A stretch of 64,000 nt of DNA from Octopus sinensis (lineage: Eukaryota). Of this stretch, positions 1-11,348 are shown piece by piece; position 1 is the first letter of the stretch; every line of letters starts with the position of its first letter. The stretch spans positions 18,724,001-18,788,000 of the forward strand of contig NC_043000.1 of the NCBI RefSeq assembly GCF_006345805.1, read 5' to 3'. A model generated the notes under the pieces. It saw only the letters and a program-made list of their open reading frames with translations. It ran no database searches and was not told the origin of the DNA. The position numbers and the translations under genes were made by a program.

Positions 1-525
1 GTCACGGTACTACTTCCCTATGCGGCATGATGTTGTCGCTAAAACAATTTACAATGCCATCCGCAAGAAAGACTGCCCTAAAATAAACTTAGAAAGTCCC
101 TCCGTTATGGAATACATTCATAAACATCAACTCAAGGAATACTGGTGGAATATTCCCATCAAAACTTCTGTCAAATGTAAACATAACAGACCGGATATTG
201 TCGTTTGGGATAGAGGGGCAAAGATATGTATCGTCATAGAGGTCAGCTGCCCTGTCGATATAAATATCTCTTTGAAAATCAAAGAAAAAGAGGATATCTA
301 TGGACAACTGCTTCGAAACCTCGAGCTTCTATATCCAGACTATGAATTCATATTCATACCAATAATTGGAGCACTAGGTTTTTTGGTAAATGCTTAAAGG
401 AGAATCTGGATAAAGTGGGGTTTTCAGAAAGAGAAACTGACCGCATCATTCGTACATTACAAATGCAATCTGTGAGTGGAACAGTAAAAATATGCAAGAC
501 TTTTCTCAAGTTCCAAATGTGAATT
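1..525 (+). mobile_element. REL-endonuclease non-LTR retrotransposon 3' fragment (R4/NeSL-like)
   Basis: RHD...KHNRPDIVVWD...IVIEVSCP...KEKEDIY...IIGALG restriction-like endonuclease motifs; frameshifted near 397. Confidence 0.85.
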
Positions 526-873
526 TGTCTGTGTTAACTACATTCCAAAGATGGGACCTTGTATCTTTGTAGGAAACCGCCTCCTCCTCAGTGAGGGTTT
601 ATAATAATTATAAAATATCCGAAAAAAAAAGCACACTTTAAAATATTAGAACAGTAAATATATTTAGATGGTTGTTGGCTATGGTCGGTCAGAGAGTGAC
701 CATTGGTTTCGTTTAACTGTGTGGACGATTAGTCGAACACAGCTGGAACCGATGTAAGGGGGATGATCCCGTGTCGCCCGAGACCTTACCAGTCGGGTTT
801 CATTCTGGATATTTTTGCTTACAAAACTGACCATGACGGTTTCCTCCTCCAGTGGTTGAGAAGTTACGTGTCT

Positions 874-944
874 CCGGTCATTTAAGCCTGACGACTCGCC
901 TAAGCGTTTTATAGGTGCAAAACCAATGATCACTTTCTGACTGG
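874..944 (+). ncRNA. Decayed hammerhead-like motif inside an element bounded by inverted repeats (661-968)
   Basis: CUGACGA at 888-894, GAAA degraded to AAAA, distal stem I CCGGUCA/UGACUGG. The inverted copy at ~661-712 retains GAAAC-CAAU-GGUC. Confidence 0.35.
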
Positions 945-1445
945 CCATAACAAACAGTCTTCTAAACGTATGTATGAAAGTATATACATGCATACACACA
1001 CGCACGCACACATATATATACACGTATAAACAATGTATGTATGTATGTATGTATGTATGTATGTATGTATGTATGTATGTATGTATGTATGTATGTATGT
1101 ATCTATCTATCTATCTAAATGTGTGTGCGTATATATATATATATGTAAGTCAACCATCAATATATATATATATATATTATATATATATATATCACCTTGT
1201 TTTCGTCTCTTGTATTTATATTCGTCTCTGTTGCGTTTACATTCTTTCCTTCTACCAAGAAATCTAATGCCCACAGCTTAGTTTTTTCCTTGGGGCTGGC
1301 CAATTTGGAGCAAATCTCAGAATTAAACAGCCGAAATTTGCCATGATGATTCGGTTTCTGACTGAAGATTGAAGGCTTCGAATGACTTGTCTGTTTTCCG
1401 TGTTCGTCCTTTCGTGTATTTCACATTCCTTATATATAAATTTTT

Positions 1446-1486
<41 letters not shown>

Positions 1487-1873
1487 TAAATATTGATGGT
1501 TGACTTACTACGGTGTTTGGGAACCGCCTATAAGCAGTGATTGATTTTGAATAAAGTGCGTCGAAATTAATAAAAACATTAATGAACAAATAGAAAAAAA
1601 AAATGAAAAAGAAAAGTCAAAACATATGAATACGAAAAAATGTAATAATAGAATAAAAACAAATAAAGGGATCTCTGTCAGGATACTCAGAATACTTTAC
1701 CATTAAATTACAGTTATTCAAACATCTGAACTATTAACCGCATTAATTAAACTGCAAGTGGCTGAATTTGCCCACGACACGGGTACTGTTAAAGTTATGT
1801 TCTGGTGGAATCAGTGGGATACATCGTGTGGCAAAACTGGATCTTTTAATTACTGGTATAATCCATTCGACGG

Positions 1874-2105
1874 AAGGCGGCGAGCTGGCAGAAACGTTAG
1901 CGCGCCGGGCAAAATGCTTAGCGATATTTCGTCTGCCGCTACGTTCTGAGTTCAAATTCCGCCGAGGTCGACTTTGCCTTTCATCCTTCGGGGTTGATTA
2001 AATACGTACCAGTTACACACTGGGGTCGATATAATCAACTTAATCCATTTGTCTGTCCTTGTTCGTCCCCTCTGTGTTTAGCCCCTTGTGAGTAGTAAAG
2101 AAATA
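1874..2105 (+). mobile_element. tRNA-derived SINE 'A' (~230 bp)
   Basis: A/B-box-like head (AGCTGGCAGAA...GAGTTCAAATTCC); 19-bp TSD GGTATAATCCATTCGACGG. Other copies at ~9290-9520(-), ~33215-33385(-), ~41095-41240(+) and 59395-59613(-). Confidence 0.9.
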
Positions 2106-2240
2106 GGTATAATCCATTCGACGGGCTTCCATATAGTTTTTGTCTACCCAGTTTTACCCTCGGGGCATGATTCGACCTGAAGCATTTGTAAAAGACATTT
2201 GTTCAAGATGCCGTACACTGGGTGTGCTGAAAAGTTCATA

Positions 2241-2624
2241 TGGAAGCACTCTGTCGGTTACGACGACGAGGGTTCCGGTTGATCCGAATCAACGGAACAG
2301 CCTGCTCGTGAAATTAACGTGTAAGTGGCTGAGCACTCTACAGACACGTGTACCCTTAACGTAGTTCTCGGGGATATTCAGCGTGACACAGAGAGTGACA
2401 AGGCCGGCCCTTTGAAATACAGGTACAACAGAAACAGGAAGTAAGAGTGAGAGAAAGTTGTGGTGAAAGAGTACAGCAGGGATCACCACCATCCCTGCCG
2501 GAGCCTCGTGGAGCTTTAGGTGTTTTCGCTCAATAAACACTCACAACGCCCGGTCTGGGAATCGAAACCGCGATCCTATGACCGCGAGTCCGCTGCCCTA
2601 ACCACTGGGCCATTGCGCCTCCAT
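2241..2624 (-). mobile_element. SINE B
   Basis: Full length; TSD GAAAAGTTCATA. Confidence 0.92.
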
Positions 2625-2925
2625 GAAAAGTTCATAGGCTGACTATGAAGGAGTGATGTAAGAGCTGTGAAAACTTGCATGCATTGATTTCAACTCTTCT
2701 TATTTATAACTGTGTTGTTTTTTTCCAGGTGAACCGACATCTGACTGTTCAAAGACTTCAAATGTTATACTTTGGCGGAATCAGTGGAATACACTGCGTG
2801 ACAAGGCTGGACCTTTTAATTATGGGTGTAGTCCATTGGACGGGCTTCTATATTATTTCTATTTACCCAATTTTACACTCGGGGGATGATTCGACTTCAA
2901 AAGTAACTAGTAGCGACTTCTCTTG

Positions 2926-3780
2926 AAAATGGACAAAATTTGGCATCGTGCTGTTATCTAGCACTTGCAGAAAAAGGGTTTAGCCCTCAAAGGTATTCAT
3001 GCTGACATGCTTCCCACATTAGGTGATGACGCTTCGACTTTATCAATAGTACAAAAGTGGGCAGCTGAATTTAAGAGGGGAACGGAGAGTCTTGAAGATG
3101 CCCTTTCGTTCTGGACGTCCTGCAGTGGCCATCACCGAAGAAAACATTAATCGTGTTCACCATATGCTGATGGATGAGAAGTGATTGACTATAATTCAAA
3201 TAGCAATTGTTATTAGCATATCCCGTGCGTGAGTTGAGAATATACGGCATAATGAACTCCGTATAACGAAGGTTTCAGCTCGGAGGGTACCAAGTCTTCC
3301 GACACCCGTCCAAAAGCGTAACAAGCTGATCACATCACGGGAAAACTCTGACATCCTTTGTGGTAGATTCAGCTGTTTTCTTTGAGCGTTTCTTATGGCA
3401 AGATGCATGGTGAGTCCATCAGTTTGAGCTAGAGACAAAGAGACAATCCATGCAGTGGAAACCCCCATTCTCACCCGCTTCAAAGAAGGCCAAGGTCATT
3501 TCATCTGCAGGGTACGTGATGGGCTCAGGGTTTTTGAGATGCAAAGGGTATTGCGTTTATTGACTATTTTCAAAAGGGCCATGCCATCAATGAAGAGTAC
3601 TATGCCAACTTGCTGAGGCAGCTACAAAAGGCTATCAAGACTAAACGCCCAGGAAAACTGACGAAAGGGGTCTTGTTTCATTAGGACTTGGCCCTATATA
3701 TATGGCGATCATCTGTTCCCAAACATGAAAAATACTTGACTGGAAACCAGTATCGCAGTGATGATCACGCCATATCTGCT
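2926..3780 (+). pseudogene. Mariner transposase fossil
   Basis: MDKIWHRAVI*HLQKKGL...IVQKWAAEFKRGTESLED matches the mariner N-terminal HTH; C-terminal KYLTGNQYRSDD; many stops and frameshifts. Confidence 0.88.
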
Positions 3781-4009
3781 CTATTACTCTTTTACTATTT
3801 TAATCGTTTCAGTCATTTGAATGTATCCACGGAGCAAATCGACTCCATGACTTATTCTTTGGAAGCCTAGTACTTATTCTATCGGTCTCTTTGCCGAACC
3901 GCTAAGTTACGGGAACGTGAACACACCAGCATCGGTTGTCAAGCTATGTTGGGGGAAAAAACACAGACACCGACACACACACACACACACACACACACCG
4001 ACACACACA

Positions 4010-4065
<56 letters not shown>

Positions 4066-4221
4066 AAACACACACACACGCACACACATACACACACATA
4101 CATATATACGTCGGGCTTCTTTCAATTTCCGTCCACCAAATCCACTCACAAGGCTTTGGTCACTTTTTATGAGAGCATCTTGGTCAGCTTATGAACTTTC
4201 ATACACACACACACACACACA

Positions 4222-4263
<42 letters not shown>

Positions 4264-4718
4264 ACACACACAGATCTATTTGAATACACACACATATGTA
4301 TGTTTAATATGCGCACAAACTTCACTAGCTCGCACGTTCCATTTATATGTAAACTAACCTGTCTTAACATTACCAATACAGCTGCGTCTTATTACTAAAT
4401 TCCCAGCCATTAGTCAGCAATAACCCGGATATATCCCCCTAGGTCGAGCTGGGTCACGCACAATGGCAGACTAACTATATAATTCCTACTGCCAGTAGAG
4501 ATTACAAATTCATGTCGGTCATACAAAGTTTGAACCGCCTGGTATCCTGACAGCACTGATCCACATTGTAACTGTTGTCGCTAAAATATCACATTCTACA
4601 AAATGATGACTAGCTGACGCTGTACCCATATGTGTGTGTACCCAAGTAAGCACATAAATGTGAAACAAGGTGGGGAAAATAGTACAAGAATACCGGATCT
4701 AGAGTAATATGCTTTGTC

Positions 4719-5244
4719 ATTGAGTGAGAGAGCAGTGCATGCCATCAAAGTGACACTGGGATAAAATATACGAAGCCCAGTATACCCATCATGACTACCC
4801 GTCTGATAAGGGTACACCAAGCACATGCATCACAACCATATGTGCGCGACATGGTGATCTCATATCAAGATAAACAGCGCATGACCTTGCAGGTGGGGCT
4901 CAGTTAGAATTTTCTTCTGGTCGAGTAACCCATCCCGCTCAAAAGGTCCCTGAATAAGGATTGTTTAAGGATGTAGAACGAATCACCCATGTTTCCAGAG
5001 GTGAATTATCCAAACCTCCAAGAATTCTTTTCACACACACGGCTATGATGTTCCCCCACTACTCCTGCCCGTGATCAGAGATGCACATATCGTCAGCCAC
5101 TAAGGGACATGCTCAACTGGTTAAGGTCAAACAACTGACAAGCAAATCTGTGGTATTGAGCAGAATATTTGCTGTAGCCCATCTTTTATACCAAGACAAA
5201 ACAATGTACATGATAACACTTCCAATCAATTAAGATGAGAAGCC
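4719..5244. mobile_element. Repeat E copy followed by (ATT)n
   Basis: Aligns by eye with 61963-62478. An older inverted piece lies at ~43280-43390. Confidence 0.75.
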
Positions 5245-5278
<34 letters not shown>

Positions 5279-5279
5279 A

Positions 5280-5315
<36 letters not shown>

Positions 5316-5346
5316 AGAAGCAAAAACATCACAGAAGCATCTCAGT

Positions 5347-5394
5347 CTAAACTGTCCGACGAACGGGAACGTGAAACTCTGAATAGCAGTTTAG
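5347..5394 (+). ncRNA. Decayed type I hammerhead-like motif
   Basis: 9-bp stem I (CUAAACUGU/GCAGUUUAG), core CCGACGA (U4C), stem II ACG-GGAA-CGU, then GAAA, and stem III with one mismatch. Confidence 0.45.
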
Positions 5395-5834
5395 TTTTTT
5401 GTGACATCTTTGTGATGTTTTTGCAGCTTTTGTAAAATTCGACACTGCTTACCAAATAATCGACATATGTGTGTGTATGTATGTATGTATGTATGTATGT
5501 ATGTATGTATGTATGTATGTATGTATGGATGGATGGATGGATGGATGGATGGATGCATGTATGTATGTACATATGTATGGATGGATGGATGGAGGAATTG
5601 ATGGATGGATGGATGGAGGGATTGATGGATGGATGGATGGATGGATGGATGGATGGACTGCTTTTTTGCAAAATCAGCGACTGTGTGCTCGCTAGAAATA
5701 TATAAATATATATATATTTAACAATTAAGGATAACTTCTTGATAAGGAATCTTAACAAGAAATTATCAGGTAGTTAGCGTGAAAAACCTCATAAGAGAAA
5801 AAATTCCAAAATAATTTTTTTCTTTTGAAAATAT

Positions 5835-5968
5835 TAATTTATATTGTATAGAGGGCATTATTACACATAAATGCCTCACGCTAAGAGGGACATAAGTCAT
5901 TTTGGTAGTAATGACTTATGTCCCTCTTAGCGTGAGGCATTTATGTGTAATAATGCCCTCTATACAAT

Positions 5969-5976
<8 letters not shown>
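5835..5976. repeat. Perfect hairpin: 67-bp arms, 8-nt loop
   Basis: 5835-5901 is the reverse complement of 5910-5976. Confidence 0.95.
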
Positions 5977-5999
<23 letters not shown>

Positions 6000-6204
6000 A
6001 AGCAAAAATGCTAGTTCTAAGATCTCTCTAAGAGACCAACGCAGTAGCTGTACTAACAATTTTCGTAGCCACTTCAACATGGCTGTCCTTTCGAACGGAC
6101 TCTACTGTGCTTTTTTAACCCCAAGAGAACATCTGCTCTAGCTGGCTAACGATGCAGAGATGCAGCCGATGAATTGCAAGCAAGGGAGCGAACCCCTACC
6201 AGTT

Positions 6205-6285
6205 TCTAGCGACGGGACCAGCAGACCAGTTCTGGTTTCGGGCTATTTCTGCCACTCTTCAGTACTGGACACCTCGTCTGCTAGA
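6205..6285 (-). ncRNA. Type I hammerhead ribozyme, intact core
   Basis: Minus strand: UCUAGC-A-GACG-AGGUGU-CCAGUA-CUGAAGA-GUGGC-AGAAAUA-GCCC-GAAA-CCAG-AA-CUGG-U-C|UGCUGG-UCC-CGUC-GCUAGA. Stems I, II and III all pair. The GUC cleavage triplet predicts a cut between 6224 and 6223. Folded by hand. Confidence 0.85.
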
Positions 6286-6396
6286 GATGGCAGTAGCTCG
6301 CTTCTGCTCGCAATTTATATATTTCAAGCGAGCACTCATTCGCTGATTTTGCAACAAGCAATCCATACATACATACATACCTACCTACCTACCTAC

Positions 6397-6442
<46 letters not shown>

Positions 6443-6792
6443 TTCGATTATTTGGTAAGCAATGTCGAATTTTACAATCTGTAAATAGTAATATTTTATA
6501 AACTTAAAGCTTAAAAAAGATCACCGTGCATTGACTAAGGCAAATAGTCTAATATTGAAGAATATAAGCTCCCGACGGTAGAAAGTAGGGGTTCTCGGAC
6601 GTGTGGGTACGGCAAACCCTTCTTTTTGAAGTCAGAATTATGTGGATATGTTCATATTTATCTTGTGCGTGTATGCATATAGGTGTGTGCGTTAGGTGTA
6701 TATCCACCTTTAGGAGTTAAATCTTCTGTTTATATAGCAGGTTGTATGTATGTGCATGCGTATATATACATACATACACACATACATATACG

Positions 6793-6823
<31 letters not shown>

Positions 6824-6854
6824 TATATACGTTGCCATGTTAGATCGGTAGCCA

Positions 6855-7025
6855 CTACACACATTTTTTCTCTCCTTGTTTTTTTTTTTCTCTGTGTCCC
6901 TTTCTGTAGAAGAGCGTAGGCTCGAAACGTAAAAGACTTTCAATTCCTGAGCGTTATACTAATACATCTGTTTGTTTTGTACGCCACCTGTCTTCGTCTT
7001 TTGTTTTTTCGTGAACTCTCCCTAT
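6855..7025 (+). mobile_element. Short (TA)n-flanked repeat 'F' with a minimal hammerhead-like motif (6900-6935); Penelope pLTR-like
   Basis: CUUU-CUGUAGA-A-GAGC-GUAG-GCUC-GAAACGUA-AAAG. Homologous copies at ~18785, ~33895 and ~49560. Confidence 0.6.
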
Positions 7026-10000
7026 ATATATATATATATATATACTCTCTTTTACTCTTTTACTTGTTTCAGTCATTTGACTGCGGCCATGCTGGAGCAC
7101 CGCCTTTAGTCGAGCAAATCGACCCCAGGACTTATTCTTTGTAAGCCCAGTACTTATTCTATCGGTCTCTTTTGCCGAACCGCAAAGTGACGGGGGACGT
7201 AAACATACCAGCATCAGTTGTCAAGCAATGCTATGGGGGACAAACACACACACACACATATATATATATATACATATATACGACAGGCTTCTTTCAGTTT
7301 CCGTCTACCAAATCCACTCACAAGGCATTGGTCGGCCCGGGGCTATAGCAGAAGACACTTGCCCAAGATGCCACGCAGTGGGACTGAACCCGGAACCATG
7401 TGGTTGGTTAGCAAGCTACTTACCACACAGCCACAAGCGATAAGAATTTGAAGTGTCATTTTATGAGTGATCAACCTAATCTACTTGACACAGTTGTTGT
7501 CCTGGAAATTGAAAAGAATAGAAATATAAAATTCTTTAATAAAATGATGAAGTTGAATGATTTCATATTGATTTTAGTCGAGCCTCTGCAAAAAAAAAAA
7601 AACAGTATCAAGTAACGTCTCTATTTATAGCATAACGCTTACCTTTGGCACAATTTGTGGTAGTTTTTTTTTATCACTGCTACTGCTGCAATGATGACTG
7701 CTACTTCTATTACTACTATTACTACTACCACTGGTGCTACTTTTACTACTACGACTATTATTACAGCTACAACTACCACTTCTATGCAACTATTATTACT
7801 TTTACTATTACTATTACTACTTACCACACGTGATGTGTATGTGTGTGAGAGTGTGTGCGTATGTATACGTACGTGAGCCTTTTTATGCGTATATGCATTC
7901 TGCATGCACTTTATTACCGTAAGAATTGTATATAACTGGTAATTATTTTACTGAGCTCGAAGGCAGGAAATACAATATCAGGCAAAATGAAGGAGTAACG
8001 CTAACATGAATCAAAGCATCTTGAAGGGGTAAGGCGTGTAGCCTGTAGCTCTTTATAACCCTTTCTATTATTATAATAAGTAAGACAAACGTCATATCTG
8101 TAACCGCGGTGTTTCTGTTATCATATATGTTCCTATAATTGTAAACAAGTAGGTTACAGTAGTTGCCAAGACATCCTCTTAATTGGTTTACCATATTTGA
8201 AATGAATAGAAAACATGGCCAGTATTTTATCGATTTTTTTAAAATATATATTTATTTGAAAGTCTGATACTGTTTTGTGGTTATTCTCAGTGTATTCGGC
8301 GAAGTTCTTTGTTATTTAGACATGAACATTCAGGTGAAGCATATTCTTGAGAAAAAAAAGAAAAAGAATAAAGAACGTTATAAGCTAAGTACTAGAGCAT
8401 CCTGCGCGCGCAAGAGAATGAAACGAAAAACAACGCCACCTACACGTAGCTGATGAATGGAATCAAGTGATTTACTTGTAGTTCACCTTCAACAAAGAAC
8501 ATAGTAACTGTATATCAACTGGATGTCTTGAACGTAAACAAGGACAAGAGCAACAACAACAGCAAAAAACAAAACAAAAAATAAAAAACGCAATATTCAG
8601 ACAACTTTTGTTGCATATTTTAAAGAAAAGAAATTATTAATCTATATATCAGGCATGGACAAACTTTTTTCAAGAAGCGGGTCGCATGAGACAGGGTTCA
8701 CCATGTGAGCCGCACTACTAGAAAAATTCAAGGTACTTATCGACCCTGAAAAGATAAAAGGCATAGTCGGTCACGGCGGAATTTGAACCCACCGTAAAGA
8801 TGGACGAAATGCCACTAAGCACTTTGTCCTAACGATTCTGCCAACTCGACGTCTTATAATAATAATAATAATAATAATAATGGTTTCAAATTTTGGCAGA
8901 GGGCCAGCAATTTTGAGAGAGGGGGATTAAGTCGATCATATCGACCCTAGTGCTCAATTGGTACTTATTTTATCGAACTCGAAAGGACGAAATGAAAAAC
9001 TGATCTCAGCGAAATATTAACCCAGAACATAAAGACGGGCGAAATGCTGCTAAGCATTTCGACCAGTGACCTGTCGATTCAGCCAGTCCGACAACTTAAC
9101 AATAGTAATAATTCCAAACTGCTAAATTACGGAGACGGAAGCAAATCAGCATCGGTTGTCAAGCGATGGTGGTGGACAAACACAAATTCACACTCATGTA
9201 CACACTCTCTCACACATACGCACATGTGCACTCTCTCTCTCTCTCTGACAAACACACATATATACGATCGGCTTCCGCTCAGTTTCCCATTTCTTTATTA
9301 CCTACAAGGGGCTAAACATAGAAGGGACAAACAAGGACAGACATAGGTATTAAGTCGATTACATCGACCCCAGTGCGTAACTGGTACTTAATTTATCGAC
9401 CCCGAAAGGATGAAAGGTAAAGTCGACCTCGGCGGAATTTGAACTCACAACGTAACGGCAGACGAAATACCGCTAAGCATTTCGCCCGACGTGCTAACGT
9501 TTCTGCTAGCTCGCCGCCTTTCCGTCTTTCAAATGCACTCACCTGGTTATTGGTCGGACCAAAGTTATAGTATGAGATACTTGCCCAAGGCACTGCGCAG
9601 TGGGACTGAACACAGAACCACGCTGTTGCAAAGTAAGCTTCTTAATCATACAGCCATATTTGCGCCATATCATTATTCAATTTACCTTTACACATGGGAA
9701 ATACCAATTTACCTTTACACATGGGAATTACCAATTTATATTATCTTTTGTGTTAACAAATCTGGGTCAACTCTGACGTGTTTTGTAAGAGTTGATAATA
9801 CTTGGTTGTCAATACAAAATATTTTCACTTTTACTGTGTGGCATTTTGGGCGGGTGCCTTCTACTATAGCGCCGAGTCGTCCAACGCCTTTGTGAATGAA
9901 TTTGGTGAACGAAACTGTGTGGTAGCCGTCGTCTGTGTGTGTGTGTGTATGTGTGTGTGTGCCTTTCTCTCTGTTTGTCCTCCTCAGACCGCTTGGCAAC

Positions 10001-10312
10001 AAGTGTTAGTTTGTTTACATTTCGTAAAGAGAGACCGATGGGATTAGAACCAGACTTAAAAAATAAGAGCTGTGGGAAATTTGCTCGACTTAGACCCTTC
10101 AAGGTGGTGACGCAGCATCGACGAAATCTAATTATTGAAACATGTAGAAAAAAAAATAAAGGATGAATGAACTAAATAACAAAATGAATCCAATAATGAA
10201 TCCAATAATGAGAAAATTTCAGTCTCAAAGAGATTTCGCAAGCATTTCGGAATAGTTATTTCCACACGAGAGACTGTCTCTCTTATCACCTAACAGCGCC
10301 CCGCTCCGATTT

Positions 10313-10360
10313 CTGTAACTGAGGAGGAGACAACCACTCTGAAATGCTTGTATCTCACAG
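10313..10360 (+). ncRNA. Type I hammerhead-like motif, near intact
   Basis: CUGUAA-CUGAGGA-GGAG-ACAACCA-CUCU-GAAA-UGC-UU-GUA-U-C|UCACAG. The core is intact with an AUC triplet, a G10.1-U11.1 wobble and one mismatch in stem I. Confidence 0.6.
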
Positions 10361-10784
10361 TCTGGATAGGTGGCACTGCGAACTGTTTTAAATGTATGTA
10401 CACAATTTGTCTACAGCGAGAAATTTTCTCCATGGCAAAACACAGTAAATGGCTTGTTTACGAGTTCGAACTTGCCACTGGCATATTCGAACTGATAACA
10501 ACGTTGCATCCCAAAATGTCTGTTGCGTGTATATATATATAATATATTATTTCAAAAAGAGAAAAACAAACTTAGAATGCTTACATATATGCCACTTTAT
10601 TTAATCAATATAAATTTTTGGGACCGAGGTCACACATCACATCCTTTTATATAATATATTCATTTAATGAACACCATCACTGGAGATTGTCTATAAAATT
10701 TCGCTTATCAGAAGAGTCTCGAGTTCAGAGAAACATTTATAATTTCATATAATATATTTATCTATTTAGTTATTTTGTAATCCA

Positions 10785-10819
<35 letters not shown>

Positions 10820-11291
10820 CTACATATGTAGGAAATTCTATCTGTGGGTGTGTTTATTTGCGGAGTCTTTAGCTAACTCCTCCTACATCGTTTTATCGAT
10901 TTTGATGAAACTTGATATGTGAGTAGAACTCTTGTCTGGAAACATCATGGCATACTCAGATTGTTGAAATCGATAAAAGGGCCCCTGGAAGGGATCCTTA
11001 TATATTACTAATATATTTTATTTTAACAGCCAAGGGAAATAACCGATTCATTTTCCTATATTATTTGGTATAAAACGAGTATGCTTATTTCTTAGTATTT
11101 GAACTGTTTTTAACACACACACACACGCACACACATTTAACAGTTTCATTCGGATTCCGTGCTACTTCATGCTAAGAAGGCCCTTTCTCATCAGGCTAAT
11201 AATCCGAATCTGTTCTGAATAATACATGTAATTCCCAATAAATGCGTTGAGTGACCTTTGGTTCGTTTGCCCACTCATTCATATGTGTGTG

Positions 11292-11348
<57 letters not shown>

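Noticed and set aside
1360-1400. CTGAAGA...GAAT hammerhead-like string
   Set aside because: Stem II does not close, GAAA is absent, the cleavage position would be G, and there is no stem I.
5085-5100. Minus-strand CUGACGA in repeat E; similar lone cores near 8450, 22432, 37745, 38945 and 58975
   Set aside because: No stem II plus GAAA follows; a 7-mer with one free position is expected by chance.
7943-8194. Minus-strand ORF considered as the missing terminal SLC45 exon
   Set aside because: No resemblance to the expected final transmembrane helices in any frame; no such exon was found in 1-11694 by eye.
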